Shown piece by piece: positions 17,670 to 26,750 of a DNA stretch of 60,858 bases. The position numbers were made by a program, and so were the translations under genes. The DNA lies in assembly GCA_002502625.1 (NCBI GenBank), contig DAPV01000022.1:1-60858 (forward strand), read 5' to 3'. Within the stretch, counting starts at the first letter, position 1, and every line of letters starts with the position of its first letter. A model generated the notes under the pieces. The model had not been told where the DNA came from and ran no database searches. It saw nothing but the letters and a program-made list of their open reading frames with translations. The stretch is from Euryarchaeota archaeon UBA125. Lineage in GTDB: Archaea; Thermoplasmatota; Poseidoniia; Poseidoniales; Thalassarchaeaceae.

Positions 17670-20198
17670 TTGACCAATTCTTCACCTATAATTCGAAGAA
17701 AGGTCCGAGGACGCCATCGAAGAATTTTACTTCTTACACTGTCGGAAGGTTCTGGTACTGTTTCATCAATTGCTTTGAAATCAAGTCTACGTGTCCCACA
17801 TGTGTCTGTTGAATTGAAAAGAATGCGAGAAGAAGGATTAGTTAACTCTACTAGTATTTCTGGAACAAGAGGTGGGATACTAAGTCTGACTTCAAAAGGC
17901 CTCAAAATGCTTGAAATGGATGAATTATCTAGAATTCCTTTAGGCCTCTTTAACCACATTGTTGATGAACAGTTTCAGATCCTAGATATCTTGGGAAACT
18001 ATGTTTTACTGATGGTAACGAGAAAACCAACTTCTGCTTTGATTTACCTTCCAACAATTGATGGTCGAAGAGTTCTAGCAGAAACTAGAGAAAGAAATCC
18101 TAGATACTATGATTCAGATTCCTTTGAACGGATAGCGATGCCCGTTCAGTCAAATCCAGGTAATATTGAGTCTTGGGATAGGTCTGGATTTGGACTAGTT
18201 CGTTCTAGGTTGGTAGATAGTGATTCAGCCGATCGTCTTTCTGTTGGTCGTTGGTTTCATTCAATTCCCAATCTAGAAAATATAGATCAACCAGATGAGT
18301 TTCGTTCTGAATCTTGGCAAATTGGTTCAATTGGTAGAGATGGCACCGAAGTTTTTGCTTCAGGTCCAGTAATGTGTACTTCAAATTCAAATGAAATTGC
18401 TGGACAATTAATGCAGAATTCAGAACAAGGATCAATATTAATCGGGCGTCAAACAATTGTTTCTTCACAACCGGGACCTCTTCCAAGGATTATATTAGAA
18501 GAATGGATTGAACTTATTCATCCTCGACTTCGTCAAGTAACTCGCCGTTCTAGACTTCAATTACTTTTATCTTGGATTGATACAGGTAGGAATAGTCGCC
18601 CCTCAAGGTTACCTGATGTTACAATCAGAAGATTTAGAGAAGATTGGGGAAATCGGCAATTTCTTCAGTCTAATTCTCCTTTTCCTGAAACGATAGTTAC
18701 CGATGGACTCGGTCCAATGGCTATTAAAGCTCTAATTTTGAGTATTATGAATCATCAATCTATTGAATGGGTTTCTATTGACTTACCTGAACCAATAGGG
18801 GAGTCATTATCTAGACGATTATTCCGATTTGAACGAATACGTTTGTTAATTGCTCCATGGTCCTCAACTAATGATATTGGACTTTCAATTCTTGAAACTG
18901 ATGAAATTCATGATTTGCCCTTTCTTAGGTTTACAGAGTCAAATGGTCGTACTCTTCCGGTATATATAGGAGATACGAGAAAGAGAAAGACAATATTACC
19001 TAAAGATTGGAAAATTCCTACAAGTCCAGATGAATTGAAGAGGATTTCTCATAAATTTCAACTAATGGATTTACCAAAGGATGAATCTAATGAAAATGAA
19101 TTATTCCTATATGCATGTTCAGTTTTTCCTGAGGGAGATGAAGCTTTTTCTAATAGAATAGAATCAATTAATCCACTTATTTCTTGGATTTCCTCCTCAA
19201 ATGATTCAAGAATTGATAGATGGATTAGAATTTGGAATCTTCTTCCTTCTTCATGGTCGAAACTAATTAATCCAAATGAGACATCTTTGGACAGAATTGG
19301 TGATCTTTGGGATAAGGTTCCAATTTCGTGGATGGATGACTTCAATCAAAGCGTTTCTAATCGTATTACTTCTGAAGAGAATTTGCGTTCTAACTTGAAG
19401 AAATTAACAATGTATGCAAATAACCCTGAAATTAGAGGTTGGGCTGCAGGAAGATTGCTCTCAGTTACCCATTGGTTGAATTCCGATGAAACCAGAGAAT
19501 TAGTTAGGTGGGGAATAAATAGTTGGATTGAGTTTCCTCCTCTGAGGTGTGCCGACTCTTTAGAAGGAGTGTTGTATTTATTGCAAAAACATCCCGATAT
19601 TAGGCAAGGAAACATTGAGGAAATTTCTGAACGATTACGTCGTTTAGCTTGGTCTTTACCCGAAAATCATGATTTGCATCTTTGGATTCTTCTTTCAGAA
19701 TGGAATGAAAGAGGAACTTTACCGACAATAGATAAACAAATTTTGTTCGTAAAATATTTGCCATGGAGGTGGTGGAGGTCTCATTCTGCTGATATGTTAA
19801 CGATGATGACTGAACATTCAGATGCTAGAAGGGCAATCCTACAAAATCCATTACCTTGGCCTGCAATTGTTTTACGTCCTGAAGGTGAAAAAGCCCCTCT
19901 TCCATTTGGATTTGACGGAGTCCATCCGAAAATGAGACTTTCTTTAGCAGATAGATTGAGACGATTTGTATCTATGGAAACATCAGAAACCGAATCTTTC
20001 AATTCAATTTTTGACATTATTGATTCATTGGATGACCTTCGTGACGAAAATTCTCCCAGAAATGGAAAAACACATCGATATGTTGGTTGGCTCACCCGTC
20101 CAGTACATGAATGGCCTCCATTCCATAGATTAAGCGAAGAATCAGGAGATACATCGATAACCTTAGCAATTGGTGAACGTTTAGGCGAATTTTCCTGA
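17670..20198 (+). CDS. 842-aa protein: N-terminal MarR/ArsR-like wHTH plus large Trp-rich domain of unknown function
   Basis: The N-terminus RRILLLTLSEGSGTVSSIALKSSLRVPHVSVELKRMREEGLV is HTH-like. The remaining roughly 740 aa have no motif I recognise. TTG start behind AAGGGGAGAGG. Confidence 0.55.
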   Translation: MTNSSPIIRRKVRGRHRRILLLTLSEGSGTVSSIALKSSLRVPHVSVELKRMREEGLVNSTSISGTRGGILSLTSKGLKMLEMDELSRIPLGLFNHIVDEQFQILDILGNYVLLMVTRKPTSALIYLPTIDGRRVLAETRERNPRYYDSDSFERIAMPVQSNPGNIESWDRSGFGLVRSRLVDSDSADRLSVGRWFHSIPNLENIDQPDEFRSESWQIGSIGRDGTEVFASGPVMCTSNSNEIAGQLMQNSEQGSILIGRQTIVSSQPGPLPRIILEEWIELIHPRLRQVTRRSRLQLLLSWIDTGRNSRPSRLPDVTIRRFREDWGNRQFLQSNSPFPETIVTDGLGPMAIKALILSIMNHQSIEWVSIDLPEPIGESLSRRLFRFERIRLLIAPWSSTNDIGLSILETDEIHDLPFLRFTESNGRTLPVYIGDTRKRKTILPKDWKIPTSPDELKRISHKFQLMDLPKDESNENELFLYACSVFPEGDEAFSNRIESINPLISWISSSNDSRIDRWIRIWNLLPSSWSKLINPNETSLDRIGDLWDKVPISWMDDFNQSVSNRITSEENLRSNLKKLTMYANNPEIRGWAAGRLLSVTHWLNSDETRELVRWGINSWIEFPPLRCADSLEGVLYLLQKHPDIRQGNIEEISERLRRLAWSLPENHDLHLWILLSEWNERGTLPTIDKQILFVKYLPWRWWRSHSADMLTMMTEHSDARRAILQNPLPWPAIVLRPEGEKAPLPFGFDGVHPKMRLSLADRLRRFVSMETSETESFNSIFDIIDSLDDLRDENSPRNGKTHRYVGWLTRPVHEWPPFHRLSEESGDTSITLAIGERLGEFS

Positions 20199-20239
20199 TT
20201 CTTTACTCGATGAGTTCATATTTGACAGTTGATAGGACA

Positions 20240-20545
20240 TTTTGCCCCGACGGCAACACCGTGCTGACGACCTCCCTCGCCGGAAGGAAGGATGACGCCC
20301 GGCACCACGTTCGGGGATTATGCCGCCGATCGAAGTTCGCGGGGACCATTTGGAATGATCCGCGATGCAAACGGCGGCTGGACGGTATATGGGTCCCCAG
20401 TTGACCAAATGGAATGATTCATGGGACAACCACACCGTTCAACAGACGTCCTGGGGCAGGGTCAAGCCCATGAGCTACGGCAATGATACGGGAAGTTACG
20501 CCCCGGGACACATTCTTCATCGCATGATTAATTCGTGTCACCCGT
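20240..20545 (+). ncRNA. candidate structured RNA (family unassigned)
   Basis: Conspicuously G+C-rich intergenic island with no credible ORF. Helices: 20245-20252/20308-20316; 20261-20266/20300-20305 (contains U-G); 20341-20349/20389-20398; 20448-20457/20500-20509 (contains U-G), the last followed by ACA at 20510-20512. Both wobble pairs exist only on the plus strand. Confidence 0.35.
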
Positions 20546-20555
20546 ATCGCCAACC

Positions 20556-21563
20556 ATGGAGGGTTCTATCGGGCTGTTAGGTGGGACATTCGATAGATTA
20601 CATGATGGGCACCTCGCTCTCATTTTAGGTACAGCACTAGAATGCGATCATTTGCAAATACATGTAACCTCAGATTCAATGATTACCAACAAAGGCCCTC
20701 TTATCCAAGATATTGAGACTAGATTGAAACAACTTCAACATATGTTAAATCAAGAATCAATCAATGCCAGTCTTCATGTTTTACATGATAGATATGGACC
20801 TGCAGTTTCTTTAGAGAAATGTTCAGTGATTGGTTGTACTGAAGAAACATTATCATCTTGTGAAGAGATAAATAAAATAAGACTAACCGGCGGTCTTTCT
20901 CCATTACGTATAGTGAAAATAGATCATATTTTAGATGAAGGTGGCCAGATATTATCTTCTTCTAGAATTCGTTCAGGAATAGTTGATCAAAATGGAAAAT
21001 TTTGGCTTAGAAATTCTGAAACTACTTTGGATTATTCGATGCCTAAAATTTTAGATGAGGAATTGAAGCAACCAATGGGAAAATTATTTTCAGGACCCAG
21101 CGAAAATCCTAGCATAGCTATGAATTTAGCTTTGAAATCAATTTCTGATGAAATAAAAATAATTGCAGTAGGTGATGTTACTGTTTTCTCTCTACAAATT
21201 GCGAATAGAGAGGCTTGGATTTCTGTAATCGATGGGATGACCCATCGAAAGAAATGGGATAAATTTGAACAGATAGAAATGGATGAGAAATTATTGATTA
21301 ATGCAAAAAATCCACCTGGAATGTTGACAAATAGTATTTTCAAAGCTTGTTCCGCGGCCATTTCCCAATCGGAAAATGTTACAATTTTTGTTGATGGTGA
21401 AGAAGACTTGGTCCCAATTCCGTTGATTTTAATGGCTCCATTGGGTACAATATTGTTGTATGGCCAACCAAATGAAGGTCTCATAGTTAGAGAAATCGAT
21501 ATTCCTGCTAAAACTCGTGCTCGTCGCTTCCTCGACTCATTTGTTGTGAGGGGTCCATCTTGA
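20556..21563 (+). CDS. fusion of archaeal phosphopantetheine adenylyltransferase and DUF359-type GTP-dependent dephospho-CoA kinase
   Basis: The N-terminus GLLGGTFDRLHDGH is the nucleotidyltransferase (T/H)xGH motif. The C-terminal half has VGDVTVF...VIDGMTHRK...VDGEEDLVPIPL...LLYGQPNEGLIV, as in the DUF359/COG1909 family. Start taken at ATG 20556. Confidence 0.7.
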   Translation: MEGSIGLLGGTFDRLHDGHLALILGTALECDHLQIHVTSDSMITNKGPLIQDIETRLKQLQHMLNQESINASLHVLHDRYGPAVSLEKCSVIGCTEETLSSCEEINKIRLTGGLSPLRIVKIDHILDEGGQILSSSRIRSGIVDQNGKFWLRNSETTLDYSMPKILDEELKQPMGKLFSGPSENPSIAMNLALKSISDEIKIIAVGDVTVFSLQIANREAWISVIDGMTHRKKWDKFEQIEMDEKLLINAKNPPGMLTNSIFKACSAAISQSENVTIFVDGEEDLVPIPLILMAPLGTILLYGQPNEGLIVREIDIPAKTRARRFLDSFVVRGPS

Positions 21564-22543
21564 CTTTGGTGAGTATCACTGTATGTGCCAGAAATGCTGA
21601 AAATTGGGTACATCAGTGTCTTTCCTCTCTATTTTCTCAAGACTATCGTCCTTTAGAGATAATTGCAGTAAATGATGGCTCTACAGATTCAACATTTGAA
21701 AAAATGAAGATTTTCAAAGAAAAAAATGAGACGCTTGATGTAAATCTAACAATCATTGATTCTGATGCTAAAGGACTTTCAGCAGGTAGACAGATTGGTT
21801 TAGGTCTTTCCAAGGGTCAATGGGTTGCAATTACAGACATTGATTGCTGTCCAGAACCTAATTGGATTTCATCAATGTTATCAGTATGTGAAGGACATCC
21901 AGGTGAGGATGTTATGGCAGTAACGGGTAAAACAGTATTCAATGAAGGAAATACTAGAGTTTCTCGACTTAGATCTAAGGAAATCCGTAGAAAGTACATA
22001 GCAAGATCTAGGGTAACCACTCTTGCAAATGGCCCTTGTTCTATGTTTAGAAGAGATGCTTTGATTTCAATCGGTGGTTTCAATCCATCTTGGTATCATG
22101 CAGAAGATATGGAAGTAAGTCTAAGATTAATTGAGAAAGGTGGCACAATTATTTATTCTCCTGAAGCGATTGTAAATCATGTTGCTGAAGATCAACTATC
22201 TATTTTCTTAAAGAAACGAATTAGAGATGCTCGTGCACATGTCAGAATAATTAGAAAATATGGGTTATATGGAGGACGTTTGCCAAATGGCACTTCTGTT
22301 AAACATGACTTTACTGGGGATGCAGTAAGAGCATCAATATTCTTTCCTTTACTTCTCTTATCTATAATTATTCTAGGAATTATTCCCCAATCGTCTCAAA
22401 ATATTGGAATAATATCCGCTGTAATCCTAACTATGATTGTCATTCATCCTGGGTCGAGATTACGAATTCTCTGGAGTATTTCTCTTTGGTTTGGAGTATC
22501 AATGGGAATATTTGATTTTATATTCGGAAAAAGAGGCCACTGA
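21560..22543 (+). CDS. family 2 glycosyltransferase with C-terminal TM helices
   Basis: ITVCARNAENWV...IIAVNDGSTDST, DIDC (DxD-like) and a C-terminal hydrophobic segment. 4-nt overlap with the upstream gene. Confidence 0.85.
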   Translation: MTLVSITVCARNAENWVHQCLSSLFSQDYRPLEIIAVNDGSTDSTFEKMKIFKEKNETLDVNLTIIDSDAKGLSAGRQIGLGLSKGQWVAITDIDCCPEPNWISSMLSVCEGHPGEDVMAVTGKTVFNEGNTRVSRLRSKEIRRKYIARSRVTTLANGPCSMFRRDALISIGGFNPSWYHAEDMEVSLRLIEKGGTIIYSPEAIVNHVAEDQLSIFLKKRIRDARAHVRIIRKYGLYGGRLPNGTSVKHDFTGDAVRASIFFPLLLLSIIILGIIPQSSQNIGIISAVILTMIVIHPGSRLRILWSISLWFGVSMGIFDFIFGKRGH

Positions 22544-22544
22544 C

Positions 22545-23105
22545 CTAATTTTCTGATTCTTCTACATCACTCTCCAGTAAAGGAAGAACTGAACCAAATC
22601 CAATTAGAGGTATACATACTGCATAAATTCCTGGATCGACCCATGTGTTGTTAGCAATTGACCAACCGAAATACATTATTACCCCTGTAACCAACAACCA
22701 AGAACCTAAGGTGGCATTAAGACCTTTAGAGAAATCAAATAGAGGCATCCATCTTTCTGGAGAAACTAGAGAAGAAATCCATGAAGCAATCCCCCCTTCT
22801 TCTGTTTTATTTAAAACCAGAGTTCCAAATCCTAGAATTAGAGCTGCAATAATTGTGAAAACTATGTCCCCAGGACTAATTTCAATCCCATTATGGGCTG
22901 TAAATGTGTTTTCAGCTAAGGTGCCGTAAGAGACAAATCCTGCCCAAACAACCTTTTGTCCTGAAGCATAAGCACCAATTAAGATATTTACTACATCTAC
23001 AATTAATGCCCAAATGCCGACCAAGACTGCTATTTTACCAATTATAGGGGTCTCAGGAATCCAATCAAATTCTTGAGATGGTTCAGGACTTTCGTCTTCG
23101 GCCAT
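22545..23105 (-). CDS. membrane protein, unknown function
   Basis: Acidic N-terminus followed by about 5 TM helices. No motif recognised. Confidence 0.45.
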   Translation of the reverse strand: MAEDESPEPSQEFDWIPETPIIGKIAVLVGIWALIVDVVNILIGAYASGQKVVWAGFVSYGTLAENTFTAHNGIEISPGDIVFTIIAALILGFGTLVLNKTEEGGIASWISSLVSPERWMPLFDFSKGLNATLGSWLLVTGVIMYFGWSIANNTWVDPGIYAVCIPLIGFGSVLPLLESDVEESEN

Positions 23106-23160
23106 GATTCGCCGACCGTTGAGACCGTCTTAACCGTTGCCGGATGGATTGAGTTTAGAA

Positions 23161-24405
23161 TTACAACCGTCGTTGTAGTTTGTAATTGCCATTAGCAGCT
23201 AAATTAACAGCATCATCATTCTCGCTCATTATGCCAATTGCATCAATTCCTCGAGGGATTAGGCTAGATACATGTTTGGTACGTCCTCTTCTCCCAAGGC
23301 TGACATTTTTTACATGAGCTAAACTTCCAGAATGGAATCCATTGATAATGGATGATAGTGACCTTGAAGTCAATGGTTTCATTCCTGCTAAGTTACATAC
23401 TTGAACGTACGTCTCCCAGATTGTTCCTGTTGTTTGAGTCAAAATCCCATTTCTTTCGTTAATGATAATTGATGTTAATGTGAGTTTTTGATGAAGTGGA
23501 AGCCCTTGGAGAAGTCCAATTACTCTTTCATGTTCTACTTGCTTATGAGCAGATTGAATATGCTCGATTTCTATACAATTACTTTGAAATGTTTCAGCAC
23601 GTAGAGTTGAAACTCTTAGCAAATCAATTGCTCTTCTAGCATCACCATGTTCTTTTGCAGAAAGATCGGCACAGAAACGTAGAGTCATTTCCTGCCAAGA
23701 TCCTTTTCGTAGTCCTACTTTGGCCCTCTCTACTAAAATTTGAGCTAACTCACTTGAACTGTAGGGAGAGAAAATAATATCTTCTGCAGACATTCTTGAA
23801 CGAATCGGGTCAGGAATTTTTTCTGTAAACCCAATATCATTACTTATTCCAATTATTGAGGCTCTACTTTCTTTTAGAAGTACATTAAGACTGGTCAAAT
23901 CATAGAGTAATTGATCTTCTGATCTAGTGGCTAGTTGATCCATTTCATCTAGAATTAGGATGTGTACTCCACCATGACGATCCATTCTGCGGATAGTCTC
24001 AGAAAGAACTCTATCTGCTGGCCATCCCGTAAATGGAATAATTGGATCGTCTGATTGCCTTAATGCTTCAGCAATTCTATGAAGGACACGATAACGTGTA
24101 TTGATATGATGGCAATTAATTTCATGAGTGTAAACTCTACTTCCAATTATTTGAGCCCGTTCTTCAAGCTGTTGAGCAACAAATCTAGTTGCTCCAGTCT
24201 TTCCAGTTCCAGATGGCCCGTACAGAATCATATTTCCGGGGATATGTCCTTCTAATGCATCTGCAAGATTCATGACCATAGTTCTAATTTGAGATTCTCT
24301 GTGATTAAAGATAGATGGTGAATGATGTGGATCGAAAATGCGCCGATCGATAAATACCGAATTTTTTCGACTAGTAGAATCGAAAATATTGGCCATGTCA
24401 TTCAT
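23161..24405 (-). CDS. orc1: Orc1/Cdc6 replication initiator
   Basis: AAA+ Walker A LYGPSGTGKTG, Walker B ILILDEMD, sensor regions and a C-terminal winged helix. Confidence 0.93.
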   Translation of the reverse strand: MNDMANIFDSTSRKNSVFIDRRIFDPHHSPSIFNHRESQIRTMVMNLADALEGHIPGNMILYGPSGTGKTGATRFVAQQLEERAQIIGSRVYTHEINCHHINTRYRVLHRIAEALRQSDDPIIPFTGWPADRVLSETIRRMDRHGGVHILILDEMDQLATRSEDQLLYDLTSLNVLLKESRASIIGISNDIGFTEKIPDPIRSRMSAEDIIFSPYSSSELAQILVERAKVGLRKGSWQEMTLRFCADLSAKEHGDARRAIDLLRVSTLRAETFQSNCIEIEHIQSAHKQVEHERVIGLLQGLPLHQKLTLTSIIINERNGILTQTTGTIWETYVQVCNLAGMKPLTSRSLSSIINGFHSGSLAHVKNVSLGRRGRTKHVSSLIPRGIDAIGIMSENDDAVNLAANGNYKLQRRL

Positions 24406-24525
24406 CTTCCTTCACACTCACTCAGGTTCGGACTAACCGGCTGAGCGAACAGGACTTAGCGCACACCCGCGTCAATGACTTAATCCTGCTTATCAAAAAT
24501 CGATTAACATGGTTTTTTTGAAGAT

Positions 24526-25329
24526 TTAATGTCTCCTTTCCGAAGGTGATTGAAGAATAGTAATTCCTGATACTTCTAAATTGTATAACTCTCCATCTTC
24601 AATTTGTATCGTGTTTCTAGGTAAAGCAGGCATATCAAATCCAATTTTTTCTTCTTTTCCAGATGCAAAAGAATGAGTGATCAAAAATTGTTTTTCATTT
24701 TGTTTTTCGGCGGCTTCAATAATGTCTCTAGGAGTATGATGATATGGAAAATTGTCTCCATTAGGTACTCCCATTTCCAACAATACAGCATTAGAAATTG
24801 GAATTCTTTGGTCTATTGTTTCACATGGACCAGAATCCCCAGTATGTAGTAGAACAAATCCTCTAGAATCTCGAAGCAAATAACCATGAGGATCTGTTTC
24901 AGGAGTATGTTTTACTATAAATCGTTCATAATCCCATCCATTTGCATGTCCATTATCATCTACAATCCATTCGACCCTATCTTCGATTATTTGCTCAAGT
25001 GTATTCGGAAAAGCCAAAGAGCAAATTTCCTTCATTCTTTCAATTCCATTTGGATGCAGATGAATCCTGAGTTTTGAGTTTCCATTCCGATCTGAAATAA
25101 ATTGTCTATCAAGAAGAAGAAAAGGAAGTCCGAAAACGTGGTCTCCATGCCAATGAGTGATGAGTAAATCTGTGATTTGAGAAGACGAAATATGATTTTT
25201 TTGAAGTTGAAGAAGAATAGTCGGGGGGGCATCTATCAGAATTTTTTCATCCAAGAGCATACAGGAATGTAACCTACCAGGTGGGCAGAAGGCATTACCT
25301 GAACCCAATACTCTCAACATAGAAGCCAT
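24526..25329 (-). CDS. metallo-beta-lactamase-fold hydrolase (RNase Z/MBL superfamily)
   Basis: HWHGDH (HxHxDH) motif with downstream His/Asp ligands (HTGDS, ITHSF). Confidence 0.75.
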   Translation of the reverse strand: MASMLRVLGSGNAFCPPGRLHSCMLLDEKILIDAPPTILLQLQKNHISSSQITDLLITHWHGDHVFGLPFLLLDRQFISDRNGNSKLRIHLHPNGIERMKEICSLAFPNTLEQIIEDRVEWIVDDNGHANGWDYERFIVKHTPETDPHGYLLRDSRGFVLLHTGDSGPCETIDQRIPISNAVLLEMGVPNGDNFPYHHTPRDIIEAAEKQNEKQFLITHSFASGKEEKIGFDMPALPRNTIQIEDGELYNLEVSGITILQSPSERRH

Positions 25330-25437
25330 GCATTACTTCTGACAGGCCACTATTCATTCAACCTTCCTGAGAGAGATGCTCACGTCCTTTCATTGAAATA
25401 CTGATGACGATTCCGTCCAGACGTAAGAGGGATTGAA

Positions 25438-26712
25438 TTGGCCGATTACTCAAACAAAAACCCCTATTCATCTAAGATAACTGCAAACCATATTTTGAAT
25501 GGTCAAAGTTCAAAAAAAGAAACAAGACATATCGTTTTTGATTTAGGAGATTCCGGATTGGAATACAAAGCTGGAGATGCCCTTGGTGTATTCCCTACCT
25601 GTCCTCCAGAATTGGTTGAATCTATTCTCGATAGATTAGGCTGTCCTCCAGATGAGATTGTAGTTGTAAAAGATGAAGAAATGAAATTGAAAGACGCATT
25701 ACTATCTAGGTGTGAAATCCATCGACTTTCTAAACGATTTATTGAAGGATTAGCTCCTCATTTTTCATCATCAAATTCTGGTATTCAAATGAGGATTGTT
25801 TCACGTTCTAGAATAGATTCTTCAGGATTAATTGTCGAAGATTGGCAATCATCTTCAGATGATGATTTACCTGAATATTATACTCCCCTAGGACCAATTG
25901 ATGATCCTGAAAAGGCTCTTTGGACATCTTTAGTCAATGATGCCAAAATGATGGAAGATTATATTTGGTCTAGAGATTATTTAGATTTCCTTACTGATTT
26001 TCCTAATATTCGTTTAGGGGCTCAAGAGTTTGTTGATGCAGTGGATAATCTTAAACCTCGATTGTATTCTATTGCATCCTCTCCGGATTTTGAGCCAGGT
26101 ACTGTACATTTGACAGTTGGAATTGTCAGATATTCGCATCATGATAGGGATAGAACTGGTTTAACCACAGGTTTCCTAGCAGATCGCTGTCCTGCAGATA
26201 ATTCTAATGTTCCTGTTTTTATGTCTCCGACTCGGAGTTTTGTATTGCCTGAAGATGGTTCAACTGATATCATAATGGTGGGGCCTGGAACCGGTATCGC
26301 CCCATTCCGTGCCTTCCTTCAACAGAGAGAAATTGATGGTTCTAAAGGGAAAAATTGGTTGTTTTTCGGTGATTGGACCGAAGAAGGAGAATACTATTAT
26401 CGTGATGAAATTGAATCATGGCTATCTTCAGGGAATCTAGAACAGATTGATTTAGCATGGTCTAGGCAAGGTGACGAGAAAGTCTACGTCCAACATTTAA
26501 TGGAAAAAAATGGAGAAGAGATTTGGTCACGAATAAATAATGGAGGTTATTTCTATGTTTGTGGTGATAAGAACTACATGGCAAAAGATGTACATAGAAC
26601 CTTAATTGAAATATGTTCGGAACATGGAGAAATGACCTTGGAAGAAGCGTCGCACTATGTTGAACAACGAATGATGAAAGATGAAAAGAGATACCTTCGA
26701 GATGTGTATTGA
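25438..26712 (+). CDS. FAD/NADPH-binding reductase, CysJ / cytochrome-P450-reductase C-terminal type (no flavodoxin domain)
   Basis: RLYSIASS (FAD), GPGTGIAPFRAF (NADPH), YVCGD and C-terminal RYLRDVY. TTG start. Confidence 0.8.
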   Translation: MADYSNKNPYSSKITANHILNGQSSKKETRHIVFDLGDSGLEYKAGDALGVFPTCPPELVESILDRLGCPPDEIVVVKDEEMKLKDALLSRCEIHRLSKRFIEGLAPHFSSSNSGIQMRIVSRSRIDSSGLIVEDWQSSSDDDLPEYYTPLGPIDDPEKALWTSLVNDAKMMEDYIWSRDYLDFLTDFPNIRLGAQEFVDAVDNLKPRLYSIASSPDFEPGTVHLTVGIVRYSHHDRDRTGLTTGFLADRCPADNSNVPVFMSPTRSFVLPEDGSTDIIMVGPGTGIAPFRAFLQQREIDGSKGKNWLFFGDWTEEGEYYYRDEIESWLSSGNLEQIDLAWSRQGDEKVYVQHLMEKNGEEIWSRINNGGYFYVCGDKNYMAKDVHRTLIEICSEHGEMTLEEASHYVEQRMMKDEKRYLRDVY

Positions 26713-26750
26713 CCCGATTTCATCATCAACCTGTTTGTTCTGGTAACAAC

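Noticed and set aside
20279-20291. GCCGGAAGGAAGG resembles the SRP RNA helix-8 apex (CCGGAAGGAAGCAGC), suggesting the G+C-rich island is 7S/SRP RNA
   Set aside because: The flanks lack the near-universal 5' (C)AGG and 3' AGCA loop nucleotides: here CCUCGCC-GGAA-GGAAGGAUGACG. No UGUAAU-type Alu motif is present in the island. The similarity is limited to the GGAA loop.
20240-20545. RNase P RNA or 5S rRNA as the identity of the G+C-rich island
   Set aside because: No GGAAAGUCC (CR-I) or ACAGAA.CCGGCUUA-type P4 strands occur on either strand. GAUCGAAGUUCGCGG (20328-20342) is only a loose look-alike with no complementary 3' strand. The 5S-like words (CCCAUG..., GGAAGUUACGCC) lack the CCGAAC loop-C core and a closing helix I.
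20181-20580. ORFs 20181-20435(-), 20210-20404(+) and 20365-20580(+) inside the G+C-rich island
   Set aside because: They are short, mutually overlapping and Arg/Cys/Trp-rich, as expected from random translation of GC-rich RNA-like sequence. None has an SD site. The last one merely extends the CoA-enzyme gene upstream of its ATG at 20556.
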